A stretch of DNA of 64,000 nt from Gammaproteobacteria bacterium (GCA_021151625.1 JAGKWY010000007.1:1095-65094); one strand, 5' to 3'; positions 9,650-19,361 are shown, numbered from the stretch's first letter. Notes: generated by a model not told the origin, from the sequence alone. Numbers and translations are program-made.

Positions 9650-11011
9650 TTAACGACGTTCAGCCACTTTTGAATAAACCACCGTCTGGTGCTGGCTGCA
9701 GCGATCACTTTCCCCCGGATGAAATTCAAACGGCGTTTCAATCATAGTAATACTGCGCCCACAGCTATGCCCACGTGGATCTACCGCATTGCAGCAGGGC
9801 GACTGGTGATGCTCAAGCCAAGACAGATAAATTGCCTCACTCACCCCCGCCTTCTCAGCAGCATATGCCTGGGCATCTTCCAGATAAACACCTATATCAT
9901 CCAGAGGGATTGCCATTTCACCCAAGCCAGGCAAGAAGGTCACTAAATTAATACCGGCTTTAGTTAAGCGCTCCAACAACTGATCACCGCTATTTTTCAG
10001 CAGCTGCTGTTGTTCGCGCTTTAAATTAACAATTTCTTCTTTTAACGCCGTTTCATTCTGGTGGCGATAAAATAATTCCACTTCACGCATATCCAGCATT
10101 TCACGCAATTCTGCAGTTGCGGCACTAATTTTGGCTTCCATTTCCAACGCAAAATTTTCTTGCAACAACTGAACTTGATTGAACTCACCCGCCTGCGCTG
10201 CTTTTAATTTATGCGCAAAATATTCGCGCATACCTTCAATCTTATTAACCTGCGCATCCAGATTTTCCTTAAGTGCGCTATTGCGCTCGGTTAAATCGCG
10301 ACTTTGTTGCTCATACTCGTGAAACTTTTGTTGATATGCCAGGGCGCGTTCCTGATGCTCCAACTGCATACTATGCACTTTGGCCTGGTGCTGGTTCATT
10401 AATGTCGCTATGCGCAGGCGCTGCTCCTTGATCAGCATGGCCATTTTATCGCGCAACTCCTGGGCGTAATGATCGTGAAGTTTTTGCTCGAGCACTTCCT
10501 GCTCGCGCGCATTATCAACCACAGGCTTTACCGCTGGAGCAGCCTTGGCTTTTTCCCGTTTGGTCGGTTTTACCACCATACCCAGGCGATTGCTTTTCAC
10601 CGCTTTACGTATGGCAACAAAACTGTTGTTACCCGTATCCATCAGCGGATCCCACAAATTTTTCTGGTGCCAGGCAATCGGGCATTGGCTATAGCAGGCC
10701 AGGCGAATAGCACCCGCCCCCATATCCGGGCCAGTACCCGTGGCATCGATCAACTGGCGCAGAGGAACATTCCAGCGGCGATCCACCATGCCACTGGCAT
10801 CAAACGAAATCAGGAAAAACACAAGACCCGTTACACACAGGGACGAATCTATCTGGATGTAGGCGGCCTTGGCGGTGGTATTAGCAAAATCTGGAAATGG
10901 GATAAACCCATCCAAAATGGCCTCGAACTCGGGGTAGAGTAACTCGCGGGAAATCTGTTCATCCTGATACAGAAAAACCGCTTCGAGTAATTCTGCGGAA
11001 GGGGTAGACAT
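9650..11011 (-). CDS. Conserved hypothetical protein with long central coiled coil and Cys/His-rich C-terminus
   Basis: Long ORF with an N-terminal globular part. The central roughly 200 aa is heptad-like and Q/E/K/L-rich. The tail is HHQSPCCNAVDPRGHSCGRS...SDRCSQH. ATG at 11011 is preferred over TTG at 11026. Confidence 0.65.
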   Translation of the reverse strand: MSTPSAELLEAVFLYQDEQISRELLYPEFEAILDGFIPFPDFANTTAKAAYIQIDSSLCVTGLVFFLISFDASGMVDRRWNVPLRQLIDATGTGPDMGAGAIRLACYSQCPIAWHQKNLWDPLMDTGNNSFVAIRKAVKSNRLGMVVKPTKREKAKAAPAVKPVVDNAREQEVLEQKLHDHYAQELRDKMAMLIKEQRLRIATLMNQHQAKVHSMQLEHQERALAYQQKFHEYEQQSRDLTERNSALKENLDAQVNKIEGMREYFAHKLKAAQAGEFNQVQLLQENFALEMEAKISAATAELREMLDMREVELFYRHQNETALKEEIVNLKREQQQLLKNSGDQLLERLTKAGINLVTFLPGLGEMAIPLDDIGVYLEDAQAYAAEKAGVSEAIYLSWLEHHQSPCCNAVDPRGHSCGRSITMIETPFEFHPGESDRCSQHQTVVYSKVAERR

Positions 11012-11106
11012 AGGCAGTCGTCTCAAAACATGCAGGAGTTATGAAGGAGAGGGATCAGAAAGCAGAGGCACCGCGAGCCTGCAGCAAATTGCTGCATAAG
11101 CCCGGG

Positions 11107-11190
11107 TTAGATATCTGAATAATCTTCTGTAGCTTCGTCATCGACGTCGTCGTAAAGATCATCCAGCAGGTCTTCAATATAGTCTTGCAT
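11107..11190 (-). CDS. Candidate 27-aa acidic micro-protein (MQDYIEDLLDDLYDDVDDEATEDYSDI)
   Basis: ATG at 11188-11190 (minus) preceded by AAGGAG 8 nt upstream. 13 of 27 residues are D/E and none are basic. Same strand as, and just upstream of, the coiled-coil gene. Below the ORF-track cutoff. Confidence 0.3.
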   Translation of the reverse strand: MQDYIEDLLDDLYDDVDDEATEDYSDI

Positions 11191-11391
11191 GGTTTCTACT
11201 CCTTTAAAGTGAATTGACAGAGGGAGCTCATCCCTTCTGACCGACTACCAAATCTGGTGTCGTTCTGGAACTTTACTCCCTGATTCCTAAATTACCAATT
11301 GCAGATGACAATTTTATGTATACCGATTTTTTATTAGCCCACTATCAAATGGCTATAAAAACCGGGGAGCACCTGCAAAATGACAGCAAAT

Positions 11392-11422
11392 AAAAAAACC
11401 CGCACTTAAAACTAAGTGCGGG
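11392..11422 (-). terminator. Rho-independent terminator after tRNA-Asp
   Basis: Stem cccgcactta / taagtgcggg followed on the minus strand by TTTTTTT (11392-11398). Confidence 0.75.
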
Positions 11423-11434
11423 CTTTTAGTATAG

Positions 11435-11511
11435 TGGCGGACCGGACGGGGCTCGAACCCGCGACCTCCGGCGTGACAGGCCGGCATTCTAACCGACTGA
11501 ACTACCGGTCC
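11435..11511 (-). tRNA. tRNA-Asp (GTC)
   Basis: The reverse complement GGACCGGTAGTTCAGTCGGTTAGAATGCCGGCCTGTCACGCCGGAGGTCGCGGGTTCGAGCCCCGTCCGGTCCGCCA is 77 nt and folds as a cloverleaf. It is near-identical in architecture to E. coli tRNA-Asp, with an encoded CCA. Confidence 0.95.
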
Positions 11512-11547
11512 GCGAATGCTTCTCAAACGAGCCTCCCTGACGGGATT

Positions 11548-11623
11548 TGGTGGGCGGTACAAGACTCGAACTTGTGACCCATGCCTTGTAAGGGCATTGC
11601 TCTACCAACTGAGCTAACCGCCC
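11548..11623 (-). tRNA. tRNA-Val (TAC)
   Basis: The reverse complement GGGCGGTTAGCTCAGTTGGTAGAGCAATGCCCTTACAAGGCATGGGTCACAAGTTCGAGTCTTGTACCGCCCACCA is 76 nt. Anticodon loop CTTACAA, encoded CCA. Confidence 0.95.
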
Positions 11624-11640
11624 CTCGTTGAGAGGTGCGC

Positions 11641-11668
11641 ATTCTAACGAATCTGGCTTGAGTGTCAA
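11641..11668 (-). promoter_or_regulatory. Sigma70-type promoter for the tRNA-Val/tRNA-Asp operon
   Basis: On the minus strand: TTGACA, 16 nt spacer, TAGAAT, then the GC-rich discriminator GCGCACC, about 17 nt before the tRNA-Val 5' end. An A-rich tract lies upstream of the -35. Confidence 0.55.
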
Positions 11669-11857
11669 ACGTTTTTTCACAAGAAATTTAAACTTTTACG
11701 AAATCGCTTAAACCTTCAGCAATAGTGGATAAAAAGCCAACAGAAAACCCTGTAGTCGACTAAAAAAATACCTGCATCTTCCAGCAATCGATATATTAAG
11801 GTCTAACCAACAAGCTGCTAGATTTAATAACCTGCTATTACCTCAAGTCATTACACA

Positions 11858-13273
11858 ATGAGCCAGACTTCCGTTGCTGAAACACTAAGCACTACCCTGC
11901 CCGCCAGCGAGCCGAGCTCCTGGATGGGATTGCTAGTAATATTCCTGCTCATCCTGCAGACGCTGCTGATCATTGGTTTGCAACGCAGCCGCTTGAGTAA
12001 TAAACGCGCACGCAAAGCGCTCAAAGAATCGCAAAAAGCGCTGGAAGATAAAATTCAGGATCGCACCAAAAGCCTCCATCGTATTAATGACTTGTTAATA
12101 GATGAAGTCGCTCGCCACGAGCAGACCGGTCGTCAATTGCGCGAAACAAAGCTTTACCTGCAAAGCATGATCAACTCCATGCCCTCAATTATTATTGGCG
12201 TTACTGCTTACGGTGAGGTCACGCACTGGAATGCCGCTGCCGAAAATGCGTTTGAAATTTTTTCCAATGAAGCCCTGGGCCGAAATATCACCGATCTGTT
12301 ACCGCTATTTCCAGTCACCATCAATGTAATTCGCGGTTCAATTCGCGGTGGAGAGCCCTACTCCATTCAACACACGCAACACCAGGAACATGAAAAAAAG
12401 CGTTACTTCGAAATTACTATTTACCCCCTCATATCCAGCAGCGAACAAGGGGCAGTAATTCGTGTTGACGATGTCACTATGAAAGTGACTATTGAAAACC
12501 TGATGATTCAAAATGAAAAAATGTATTCATTGGGTGAAGTTGCTGCCGGCATAGCTCATGAAATAAATAATCCGCTCAGTGTGATATTGCAAAACGTACA
12601 AAATATTGTGCGTCGCACCGATATTCATTTCGGCACCAACACTGAGCGCGCCAATGAGCTGGGAATAAATATTGATGCGGTAGACCATTATTTAAAAGCG
12701 CGCGAAATTCCGCTGATGCTGGATTCAATCCGTGAAGCAGGCGAACGCTCGGCAACCATAGTACGCAATATGCTGGAGTTTTCGCACAACTCCCAACGCA
12801 AAACCAGCCTGATAGATATCAAGCACCTACTCGAGCAAACCATTGCACTTAACCAAAGCAGTACACCAAAAGCACCAGGCACACAGGGCATTCAACTCAT
12901 TACGGAATTTAGCGATTACCTACCTGCAATTAATGCTTCTGCCCCTGAATTACAGCAAGTACTGTTGAATTTATTGCGTAATGCCAAACAGGCATTGCTC
13001 AGCCAGGAAATTGATAATCCTTGCATATGGGTACGTGCTTACCCTCAGGAACACCAACTTGTGATAGAGATACAGGACAATGGCCCCGGCATGACCGATA
13101 CTGTTCGCCAACATATCTTCGAGCCATTTTTTACCACTAAGGAAGTTGGCTCAGGCACAGGTTTGGGACTTTCGGTTTCTTATTTCATTATTACCGAGCG
13201 CCACCAGGGAACGATTGATGTAAAAACCAGCCCGGGTAAAGGGAGCAGCTTTATTATCAGATTGCCGCTCTAA
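11858..13273 (+). CDS. PAS-domain sensor histidine kinase (no adjacent response regulator)
   Basis: N-terminal TM segment, coiled coil and PAS-like region. H-box AHEINNPLS, N-box LLNLLRNA, G-boxes DNGPGM and GTGLGLS. Confidence 0.85.
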   Translation: MSQTSVAETLSTTLPASEPSSWMGLLVIFLLILQTLLIIGLQRSRLSNKRARKALKESQKALEDKIQDRTKSLHRINDLLIDEVARHEQTGRQLRETKLYLQSMINSMPSIIIGVTAYGEVTHWNAAAENAFEIFSNEALGRNITDLLPLFPVTINVIRGSIRGGEPYSIQHTQHQEHEKKRYFEITIYPLISSSEQGAVIRVDDVTMKVTIENLMIQNEKMYSLGEVAAGIAHEINNPLSVILQNVQNIVRRTDIHFGTNTERANELGINIDAVDHYLKAREIPLMLDSIREAGERSATIVRNMLEFSHNSQRKTSLIDIKHLLEQTIALNQSSTPKAPGTQGIQLITEFSDYLPAINASAPELQQVLLNLLRNAKQALLSQEIDNPCIWVRAYPQEHQLVIEIQDNGPGMTDTVRQHIFEPFFTTKEVGSGTGLGLSVSYFIITERHQGTIDVKTSPGKGSSFIIRLPL

Positions 13274-13326
13274 TACATTGGGGATAACAATCAACCACCC
13301 TATCGTTCAGCACAGGATAAGAATAA

Positions 13327-14061
13327 ATGAATCGCAAACTGTTTCTGCCTACCGCCACACTAAGTGCTTTGTTATTGCAAGCCTGCGCAGCACCACCGGT
13401 GGCACCGCCAAGCCCTGATTCCCTGGCGCAAGCTGCCACTTCGGTGTTAGAAGAGGCCGTTTATTACTCCACGCTATTTTCAAGTTGCGCTTCATTAGGT
13501 GGTGAAATAGAAGTTGATGCTATTAGCAAACAGCAGGATTGGCTTAACACTAACAATCAATTGTTGTTGTCGGCAGACCAGCTTTACAGCAAACAACAAG
13601 CTGCCAATACCTTCGAGTACCAAAGCAAAACACTGGCCCCCGCCGCCATCAAATTAGCGCGTGAGGCAAAGCAGCGCGCAATTAAAGAGTTGGCGCTCAG
13701 CCAACGCACGCCGCTAAACCAGATTAAAACCTGCGAATTTCGCTTGAACAAAATTAACTCTGCATCGAATAACCTGGCAAAACTCCCTAACATTGCGCCC
13801 TACACCGCTGAATTGTTAACTCATTTGCCATTGGACCAAGTGATTACCAATATCCCCAGCCTTGCTGGTGGCATCACTGAAGTAGCTCCCGGGCCAACCT
13901 ATTACAAACTGGTTAAAGAACATGAGGGAAAATGTCCTACCGGTTTTACCCTGAGCATAGTGAACCAATGGCCTATAGAGGCTTATGCTAATTTCTGTGG
14001 AGATGACTCAGTCGAAGTCCTCACCTGCGACTGGGGCAAATGCGAGTCGAAGACGTTATAA
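13327..14061 (+). CDS. Hypothetical lipoprotein with Cys-rich C-terminus
   Basis: Signal peptide with lipobox LLQAC. No recognised domain. C-terminal CPTGF...FCGDD...CDWGKC. Confidence 0.6.
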   Translation: MNRKLFLPTATLSALLLQACAAPPVAPPSPDSLAQAATSVLEEAVYYSTLFSSCASLGGEIEVDAISKQQDWLNTNNQLLLSADQLYSKQQAANTFEYQSKTLAPAAIKLAREAKQRAIKELALSQRTPLNQIKTCEFRLNKINSASNNLAKLPNIAPYTAELLTHLPLDQVITNIPSLAGGITEVAPGPTYYKLVKEHEGKCPTGFTLSIVNQWPIEAYANFCGDDSVEVLTCDWGKCESKTL

Positions 14062-14071
14062 TGGCGGCAAA

Positions 14072-14095
14072 CGGGCTGCGCACTTACGCAGCCCG
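14072..14095 (+). terminator. Possible weak terminator hairpin after the lipoprotein gene
   Basis: 9-bp stem cgggctgcg / cgcagcccg with a 6-nt loop. The T-run is poor. Confidence 0.35.
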
Positions 14096-14118
14096 CCTTG
14101 TTATGTATTGAGCCATTT

Positions 14119-15201
14119 ATGACCAACAGTGATTTTTCCCCAGCCTCCTACCAACAGCAACTAAATGCAAAGCTCACCAAGATCCAACTGGATTTTGCCG
14201 AGTTCGCTTTACCAGAAATACAGGTATTCCCCTCCGCAGAACAGCATTACCGCATGCGTGCCGAGTTTCGTGTATGGCATAAACAAGCGCTCACCGACTA
14301 TGTCATGTTTGATGAAGCCAAACGCCCCTACGCCATCTATGAATTTCCGGTTGGCTCAGCCTTAATGAACCAATTAATGCCTGTGCTATTAGCGGCCATT
14401 AACGCTGATGAGTTACTGCGCCATAAACTTTATCAAGTCGATTTTCTCACCACCCAAAGTGGCGAAGCGCTGATTACGCTGATTTATCATAAGCCGCTGA
14501 CTGAGGATTGGATTGCCAAAGCGAAAGCACTAAAACAGCAACTGGGTATTGATATTGTCGGTCGCAGCCGCAAGCAGCGTTTATTGGTAGAACGAGACCA
14601 CGTGATTGAACGTATGCAGGTATTGGGGCGCGATTATTTTTACCAGCAAGTGGAAGCGAGCTTTACCCAACCCAATGCCGGTGTATGCCAATCCATGTTG
14701 AGCTGGGCGGTAGAAAACAGCAAGGGATTTGGCGGGGACTTGCTAGAGCTTTATTGTGGTAATGGCAACTTCACCCTGCCACTGGCACAAAATTTTTCCA
14801 AGGTTTTGGCAACCGAGGTTTCAAAAACCTCCGTTGATTCTGCGCAATACAATATTGCACGCAACCAGATTGAAAATATCCAGATCGCACGCATGTCGAG
14901 TGAGGAATTTTCGCAAGCAATGGATGGTGTACGCGAGTTTAATCGCCTGCGCCATGTGAATTTGGCGGATTACAATTTTTCCAGCATTTTTGTCGACCCA
15001 CCTCGCGCAGGCCTTGACCCACACACTACCAGCATTACACAGCGCTTCGATAATATTATTTATATTTCCTGCAACCCGGATACGCTGCGCGATAATTTGC
15101 GCACCATTAGCCAAACACACCAGATCAAAGCCTTTGCCCTCTTCGATCAATTCCCTTACACCCATCACGCAGAGTGCGGTGTGATTTTGCAGAAAAAATA
15201 A
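14119..15201 (+). CDS. trmA: tRNA (uracil54-C5)-methyltransferase
   Basis: About 360 aa. SAM-binding LLELYCGNGNFTL and catalytic-region FVDPPRAG ... YISCNP motifs. ATG at 14119 is preferred over the upstream TTG. Confidence 0.9.
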   Translation: MTNSDFSPASYQQQLNAKLTKIQLDFAEFALPEIQVFPSAEQHYRMRAEFRVWHKQALTDYVMFDEAKRPYAIYEFPVGSALMNQLMPVLLAAINADELLRHKLYQVDFLTTQSGEALITLIYHKPLTEDWIAKAKALKQQLGIDIVGRSRKQRLLVERDHVIERMQVLGRDYFYQQVEASFTQPNAGVCQSMLSWAVENSKGFGGDLLELYCGNGNFTLPLAQNFSKVLATEVSKTSVDSAQYNIARNQIENIQIARMSSEEFSQAMDGVREFNRLRHVNLADYNFSSIFVDPPRAGLDPHTTSITQRFDNIIYISCNPDTLRDNLRTISQTHQIKAFALFDQFPYTHHAECGVILQKK

Positions 15202-15230
15202 TCTTGTCGATTTAGAAAACCCGCATCGAT

Positions 15231-15740
15231 TTACACAAAAACTTGTGTCATATAAAACGCAGGCCCAGTATAAGACTCCAAATGCTGTTGCTGGGTCGGT
15301 GTTAAATCCGCAAACTCGGTAAAGCCCATTTTTTGCCAGAACCTTCTGGAGTCTTGCACCGAAACCAAAGCAGCACCAGATAACTGCCGTAATTTTGCCT
15401 GCTGCAGTGAATGCTTAACCAACAGGGGTCCCAAGCCACAACCCGCCGCGGATTTACTGATTGCAAGGTCATGCAAATACAAATGATCTGCATCTGGCTT
15501 ATGCGAAAATTCACTGCCCCAAGGCGTTACTGAACCCGCATGGGATAAATAGCCCACCAAATAACCACACACACCTTGCTCACCTTCAACAACCCAGGAA
15601 GTATCAGGTACATTAGCCAGACGCGCAGCAAGTATCGCTTCGTCCTCCACCATTTCATCCACATAGGCTTCAAGCTGAATTCGCATAACATCATTCAGGT
15701 CACTGGCTTGCATAGCGCGACAAGCAAATAATGGTTGCAT
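15231..15740 (-). CDS. GNAT family N-acetyltransferase
   Basis: 169 aa with acetyl-CoA loop AAGCGLGPLLV. The start overlaps the upstream stop (TAATG). Confidence 0.8.
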   Translation of the reverse strand: MQPLFACRAMQASDLNDVMRIQLEAYVDEMVEDEAILAARLANVPDTSWVVEGEQGVCGYLVGYLSHAGSVTPWGSEFSHKPDADHLYLHDLAISKSAAGCGLGPLLVKHSLQQAKLRQLSGAALVSVQDSRRFWQKMGFTEFADLTPTQQQHLESYTGPAFYMTQVFV

Positions 15741-16213
15741 TAAAACGCCCTGCCCTGAATACGTTTTGCCGCATCCATTACAAAATCATTAAAAGTGGAT
15801 TCATGGCGCAAGCGCTCAATATCGAATTGATTTTGCTCGGCTTTGGATAACTGCTTCCAGGCTTCCAGATAGGGAATATGCGCCGTTTTGTCACGTAACT
15901 GATAGAACGCTGAAAATTCTTCTTTAACAGCAACCTGAACATTCAGGGAATCCAGGCAACCGGAAATACGAATGCATGCTTCCGTTAAACTCAACTCATC
16001 GTTGTGCAATGCCTGGGCGAGAATCTGGACACTTTTGTTTAACCATTCACGCTGTTCTTGTTGCGCTTTTTGATTGGCCTCTTCCAATGCCTTAAGTTTG
16101 GCTGCGCGTTCTTTTTGTTGACGATAGACTTTGTACACCAGCCGCGTAGCAATAGCCGCTAACACCACGATAATCAGCGCACCTAATACAATAAAACACC
16201 ACAACCAATTCAT
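15740..16213 (-). CDS. Membrane-anchored hypothetical protein (DUF2489-like)
   Basis: N-terminal TM helix followed by a helical, charged domain. Translationally coupled to the GNAT gene. The family name is from memory. Confidence 0.5.
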   Translation of the reverse strand: MNWLWCFIVLGALIIVVLAAIATRLVYKVYRQQKERAAKLKALEEANQKAQQEQREWLNKSVQILAQALHNDELSLTEACIRISGCLDSLNVQVAVKEEFSAFYQLRDKTAHIPYLEAWKQLSKAEQNQFDIERLRHESTFNDFVMDAAKRIQGRAF

Positions 16214-16322
16214 AACCTGTCTCTACATTTCACTAACAACTACACAACCGCAGTCGATTAACACTAACTGGTAAACAGTTACTGGCAGCAACTACTTACA
16301 AATAATGGCATTCAAACGATAA

Positions 16323-17852
16323 TCAGGTGTTTTCACCTGACTCTTCAGTTGCCTCTTCCAGCAACAAAGTCTCTGCGTCTACACCAGCGTCTTCCAGCAG
16401 TGCACCGGAAATACTGCGCTTGGTTTTGGCGCCCAGCCGGCGAATATCATCAACGCGTTTTACCAGATTGCCGCGACCAGTTTGCAAACGCTCGCGCGCC
16501 TTGGTGTAAGACTCCTGGGTTTTGTTAATTGCATTGCCGATGGCATCCAGCGATTCCAGCAAGAGCACAAATTGATCATGCAATGCACCCGCTTCTTTGG
16601 CGATACGCTCAGCGTTTTTATTTTGCTTTTCATAGCGCCAGATATTTTCGACAGTGCGCAGGGTGGCTAGCAAGGTAGTTGGGCTAACCAGCACTATGTG
16701 GCGATCATAAGCTTCACGATACAAGGCAGGTTCATGTTGCAAGGCAAGCATAAACGCCGCTTCAATCGGGATAAAAATAAATACGAAATCCAGTGCTTTA
16801 ATGCCGTCGATCTTTTCGTAATCTTTAATGCTCAAACCCTTGATATGACTACGCAGCGAATTGATATGGTTCGCGAGAAATTGCTTGCGCTCAAATTCAT
16901 CATCACTGCTGCAATATTTTTCGTAATCGACCAATGAACACTTGGCATCAATCACTATGTCTTTGTTTTCCGGCAAATGGATAATCACATCGGGCATTAA
17001 CCGGCTGCCGTCGGTGCCAGTGAAATTCACTTGTGTATCGTATTCGCGCCCTTTTGTTAAACCGGACTCTTCCAACAAACGCTCTAATACCACTTCGCCC
17101 CAGTTACCCTGGGCTTTGGTATTACCTTTTAAGGCTTGCGCGAGGTTGACGGCATCCTCGCCGATTTTTTGCGCCTGCTTTTGTAACTCCACTACCTGCC
17201 CCGCCAAACGGTTGCGCTCGGCGTTTTCTTTTTCGTAAACATCTTCCACTTTTTTACGGAACTCGCTGAGTTGCAATTTCAGCGGGTCCAGAGTGCTATC
17301 CAGCAGGGTTTTACTATTGCTGCTGAATTGCTGCTGCTTGTTTTCAAATATTTTATTGGCCAGGTTTTCAAACTCTTTGGCCAAATCTGCCCTGGCGTTC
17401 TGCAACAGCGCCAACTGCTCGGCAAAATGTTTGCGCTCCTGCTCGAGGCGGGTTTGCAGCTCGGTAGCATTTTTTTCCAACAGAGTCAGTTGCTCATCTT
17501 TACGTAGGGATTGCTGTTGCAATGCATCAAAGTGACGGGTTTTCTCGCGTAGCGCCGCAGCGTCCTGGCGACTATCACCCAGCTCTTGTTGCAACTGCTG
17601 TACTTGTTGCTGGGTTCCCTGAAGCTGGCCTTTAAGTTCTACCGACTGCTGTTTTAGTTGCGCAGACTCTTGCTGCAAACTGGCTTCACGCAGGGCATGG
17701 ATATGTTGAGCCTGTTGCTGGGCCGACTCCAACTCAAAGGTTTTCGCCAGTATTGCCTGTTCCTGGCGACGCCCCAGTAGCCAATACACCAGCAATGCAC
17801 CAGAAACCAATCCCGCCAAGGCGGCGAGGAGAAGAATAAGGGATGAACTCAC
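16323..17852 (-). CDS. rmuC: DNA recombination protein RmuC
   Basis: N-terminal TM, long Q-rich coiled coil and a C-terminal RmuC nuclease-like domain (PDVIIHLPENKDIVIDAKCSL). GTG start. Confidence 0.9.
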   Translation of the reverse strand: MSSSLILLLAALAGLVSGALLVYWLLGRRQEQAILAKTFELESAQQQAQHIHALREASLQQESAQLKQQSVELKGQLQGTQQQVQQLQQELGDSRQDAAALREKTRHFDALQQQSLRKDEQLTLLEKNATELQTRLEQERKHFAEQLALLQNARADLAKEFENLANKIFENKQQQFSSNSKTLLDSTLDPLKLQLSEFRKKVEDVYEKENAERNRLAGQVVELQKQAQKIGEDAVNLAQALKGNTKAQGNWGEVVLERLLEESGLTKGREYDTQVNFTGTDGSRLMPDVIIHLPENKDIVIDAKCSLVDYEKYCSSDDEFERKQFLANHINSLRSHIKGLSIKDYEKIDGIKALDFVFIFIPIEAAFMLALQHEPALYREAYDRHIVLVSPTTLLATLRTVENIWRYEKQNKNAERIAKEAGALHDQFVLLLESLDAIGNAINKTQESYTKARERLQTGRGNLVKRVDDIRRLGAKTKRSISGALLEDAGVDAETLLLEEATEESGENT

Positions 17853-17963
17853 AGGAAAACTCCAGAATGCAAACGCCGCTAGGCATTATTGGCCCCGGCC
17901 GTTAAAATCGGCTGCCATTTTAGCAATACTTGCCCACTTTCAGGCGATTTGATTAACCCGCAC

Positions 17964-18833
17964 ATGACCGATTCCCTAAGTAGCTCTACTCAACCCAGCA
18001 TAGATTCCGCCCCTGGACCGCGGGTTCTGGTATTCGACTCCGGCGTTGGCGGCCTGAGCGTGGCCCGTGAAATCCAGCAGCGCTTGCCCGGATTAGCGCT
18101 GGTTTACGCCTCGGATAACGGCTTTTTCCCCTATGGCACCAAGGGCGAAGCCGAGTTGATTACGCGGGTGGACAAGGTTATTAGCGCCCTGCTTGCGCAA
18201 TACCCGGTCGATATCCTGGTGATTGCCTGTAATACCGCCAGCACCCTCACCCTGCCTCACTTGCGCAGCAAACTGAGCTTGCCGATTGTCGGCGTGGTGC
18301 CTGCCATTAAGCCTGCTGCCCGGCAAACCCTGTCGGGGGTAATAGGCCTGCTCGCAACTCCCGCTACAGTCGCACGCCCTTACACCCATGAGCTAATTCG
18401 CGAATACGCGCCCCAATGTGAAGTAATTTCGCTTGGTAGTAGTGAATTGGTGCAGATTGCAGAACAAAAGCTGCGCGGTGAAACTATCGAGCAAGCAACA
18501 ATTGCGCAAATAATCCAGCCATTACTCGCGCACGAAAAATCTACGCAGATGGACAAGCTGGTATTAGCCTGTACTCATTTTCCATTGTTAAAAGAAGAAC
18601 TTGCTGCAGAGCTGCCGGCAACCATTCAAATGATTGATTCCGGTGAAGCTATTGCGCGCCGGGTTGAATATCTGCTGCAGGGTAAAGCAGGAGCTCACAC
18701 TACGCCCATGGATAATATTGCTGTGTTTACCAAGCAAACGCCGGAAGCTGAGCGACTAGCGCCTGCACTGAAAAACTTTTCCATTCACAAAACAAGCTAT
18801 TTGGATCTCAATAAAATATCAGGCTCTATATAA
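17964..18833 (+). CDS. murI: Glutamate racemase
   Basis: VFDSGVGGLSV, IACNTAS and LACTHFP catalytic Cys motifs. ATG at 17964 is preferred over the upstream alternative start. Confidence 0.92.
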   Translation: MTDSLSSSTQPSIDSAPGPRVLVFDSGVGGLSVAREIQQRLPGLALVYASDNGFFPYGTKGEAELITRVDKVISALLAQYPVDILVIACNTASTLTLPHLRSKLSLPIVGVVPAIKPAARQTLSGVIGLLATPATVARPYTHELIREYAPQCEVISLGSSELVQIAEQKLRGETIEQATIAQIIQPLLAHEKSTQMDKLVLACTHFPLLKEELAAELPATIQMIDSGEAIARRVEYLLQGKAGAHTTPMDNIAVFTKQTPEAERLAPALKNFSIHKTSYLDLNKISGSI

Positions 18834-18835
18834 AA

Positions 18836-18870
18836 ATAATGGGTTGCCTCACAAACAACCCATTATCTTT
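18836..18870 (+). terminator. Terminator-like hairpin after murI
   Basis: 11-bp stem ataatgggttg / caacccattat followed by cttt. Confidence 0.5.
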
Positions 18871-18965
18871 AATTAACTCTATCCCTTTAATCTCATCTGA
18901 TATTGAATGTTCTACCACACATTATCTATCGACGAGTTCCCTGATTATTTATCTGACCGTTTAGG

Positions 18966-19277
18966 TCACTTCACACGAATATCATTTTTCACTGATTTTA
19001 CTCCGTTCACCTCACTGGCAACTCGTTCCGCCTTACTGATATGTGAACGGTTGGCAACAAACCCACTCAGCTGTACAACGCCTTTAAACGTTTCCACCTG
19101 AATTTCCGTTGCTTTTAACTCATCATCTTCAACGAATGCAGCTTTAACCTTGGTAGTAATCACCGCATCATCAAAGTACTCCCCGGTACTTTTTTCTTTG
19201 GATGTCGATGAACACCCCGTAACAGCCAAAATAAAAGCCAGGAAAATTGCCGTAATGGAATAATGAATAGTTTTCAT
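18966..19277 (-). CDS. BON-domain lipoprotein (OsmY-like)
   Basis: Lipobox LAVTGC and a single BON-like domain (DDAVITTKVKAA...VETFKGVVQLSGFV...VKSVKNDI). Confidence 0.8.
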   Translation of the reverse strand: MKTIHYSITAIFLAFILAVTGCSSTSKEKSTGEYFDDAVITTKVKAAFVEDDELKATEIQVETFKGVVQLSGFVANRSHISKAERVASEVNGVKSVKNDIRVK

Positions 19278-19361
19278 AACAAACTCCTTGGTTCAAGGTT
19301 TAATTTGACATCACACAAACTTACACAAAAGCTAATGATTGCAAATTGATAAATAATTGGT

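Noticed and set aside
11353-11680. Two 63-69 aa ORFs overlapping the tRNA genes
   Set aside because: They are simply read-through of the tRNA-Asp and tRNA-Val sequences and their promoter.
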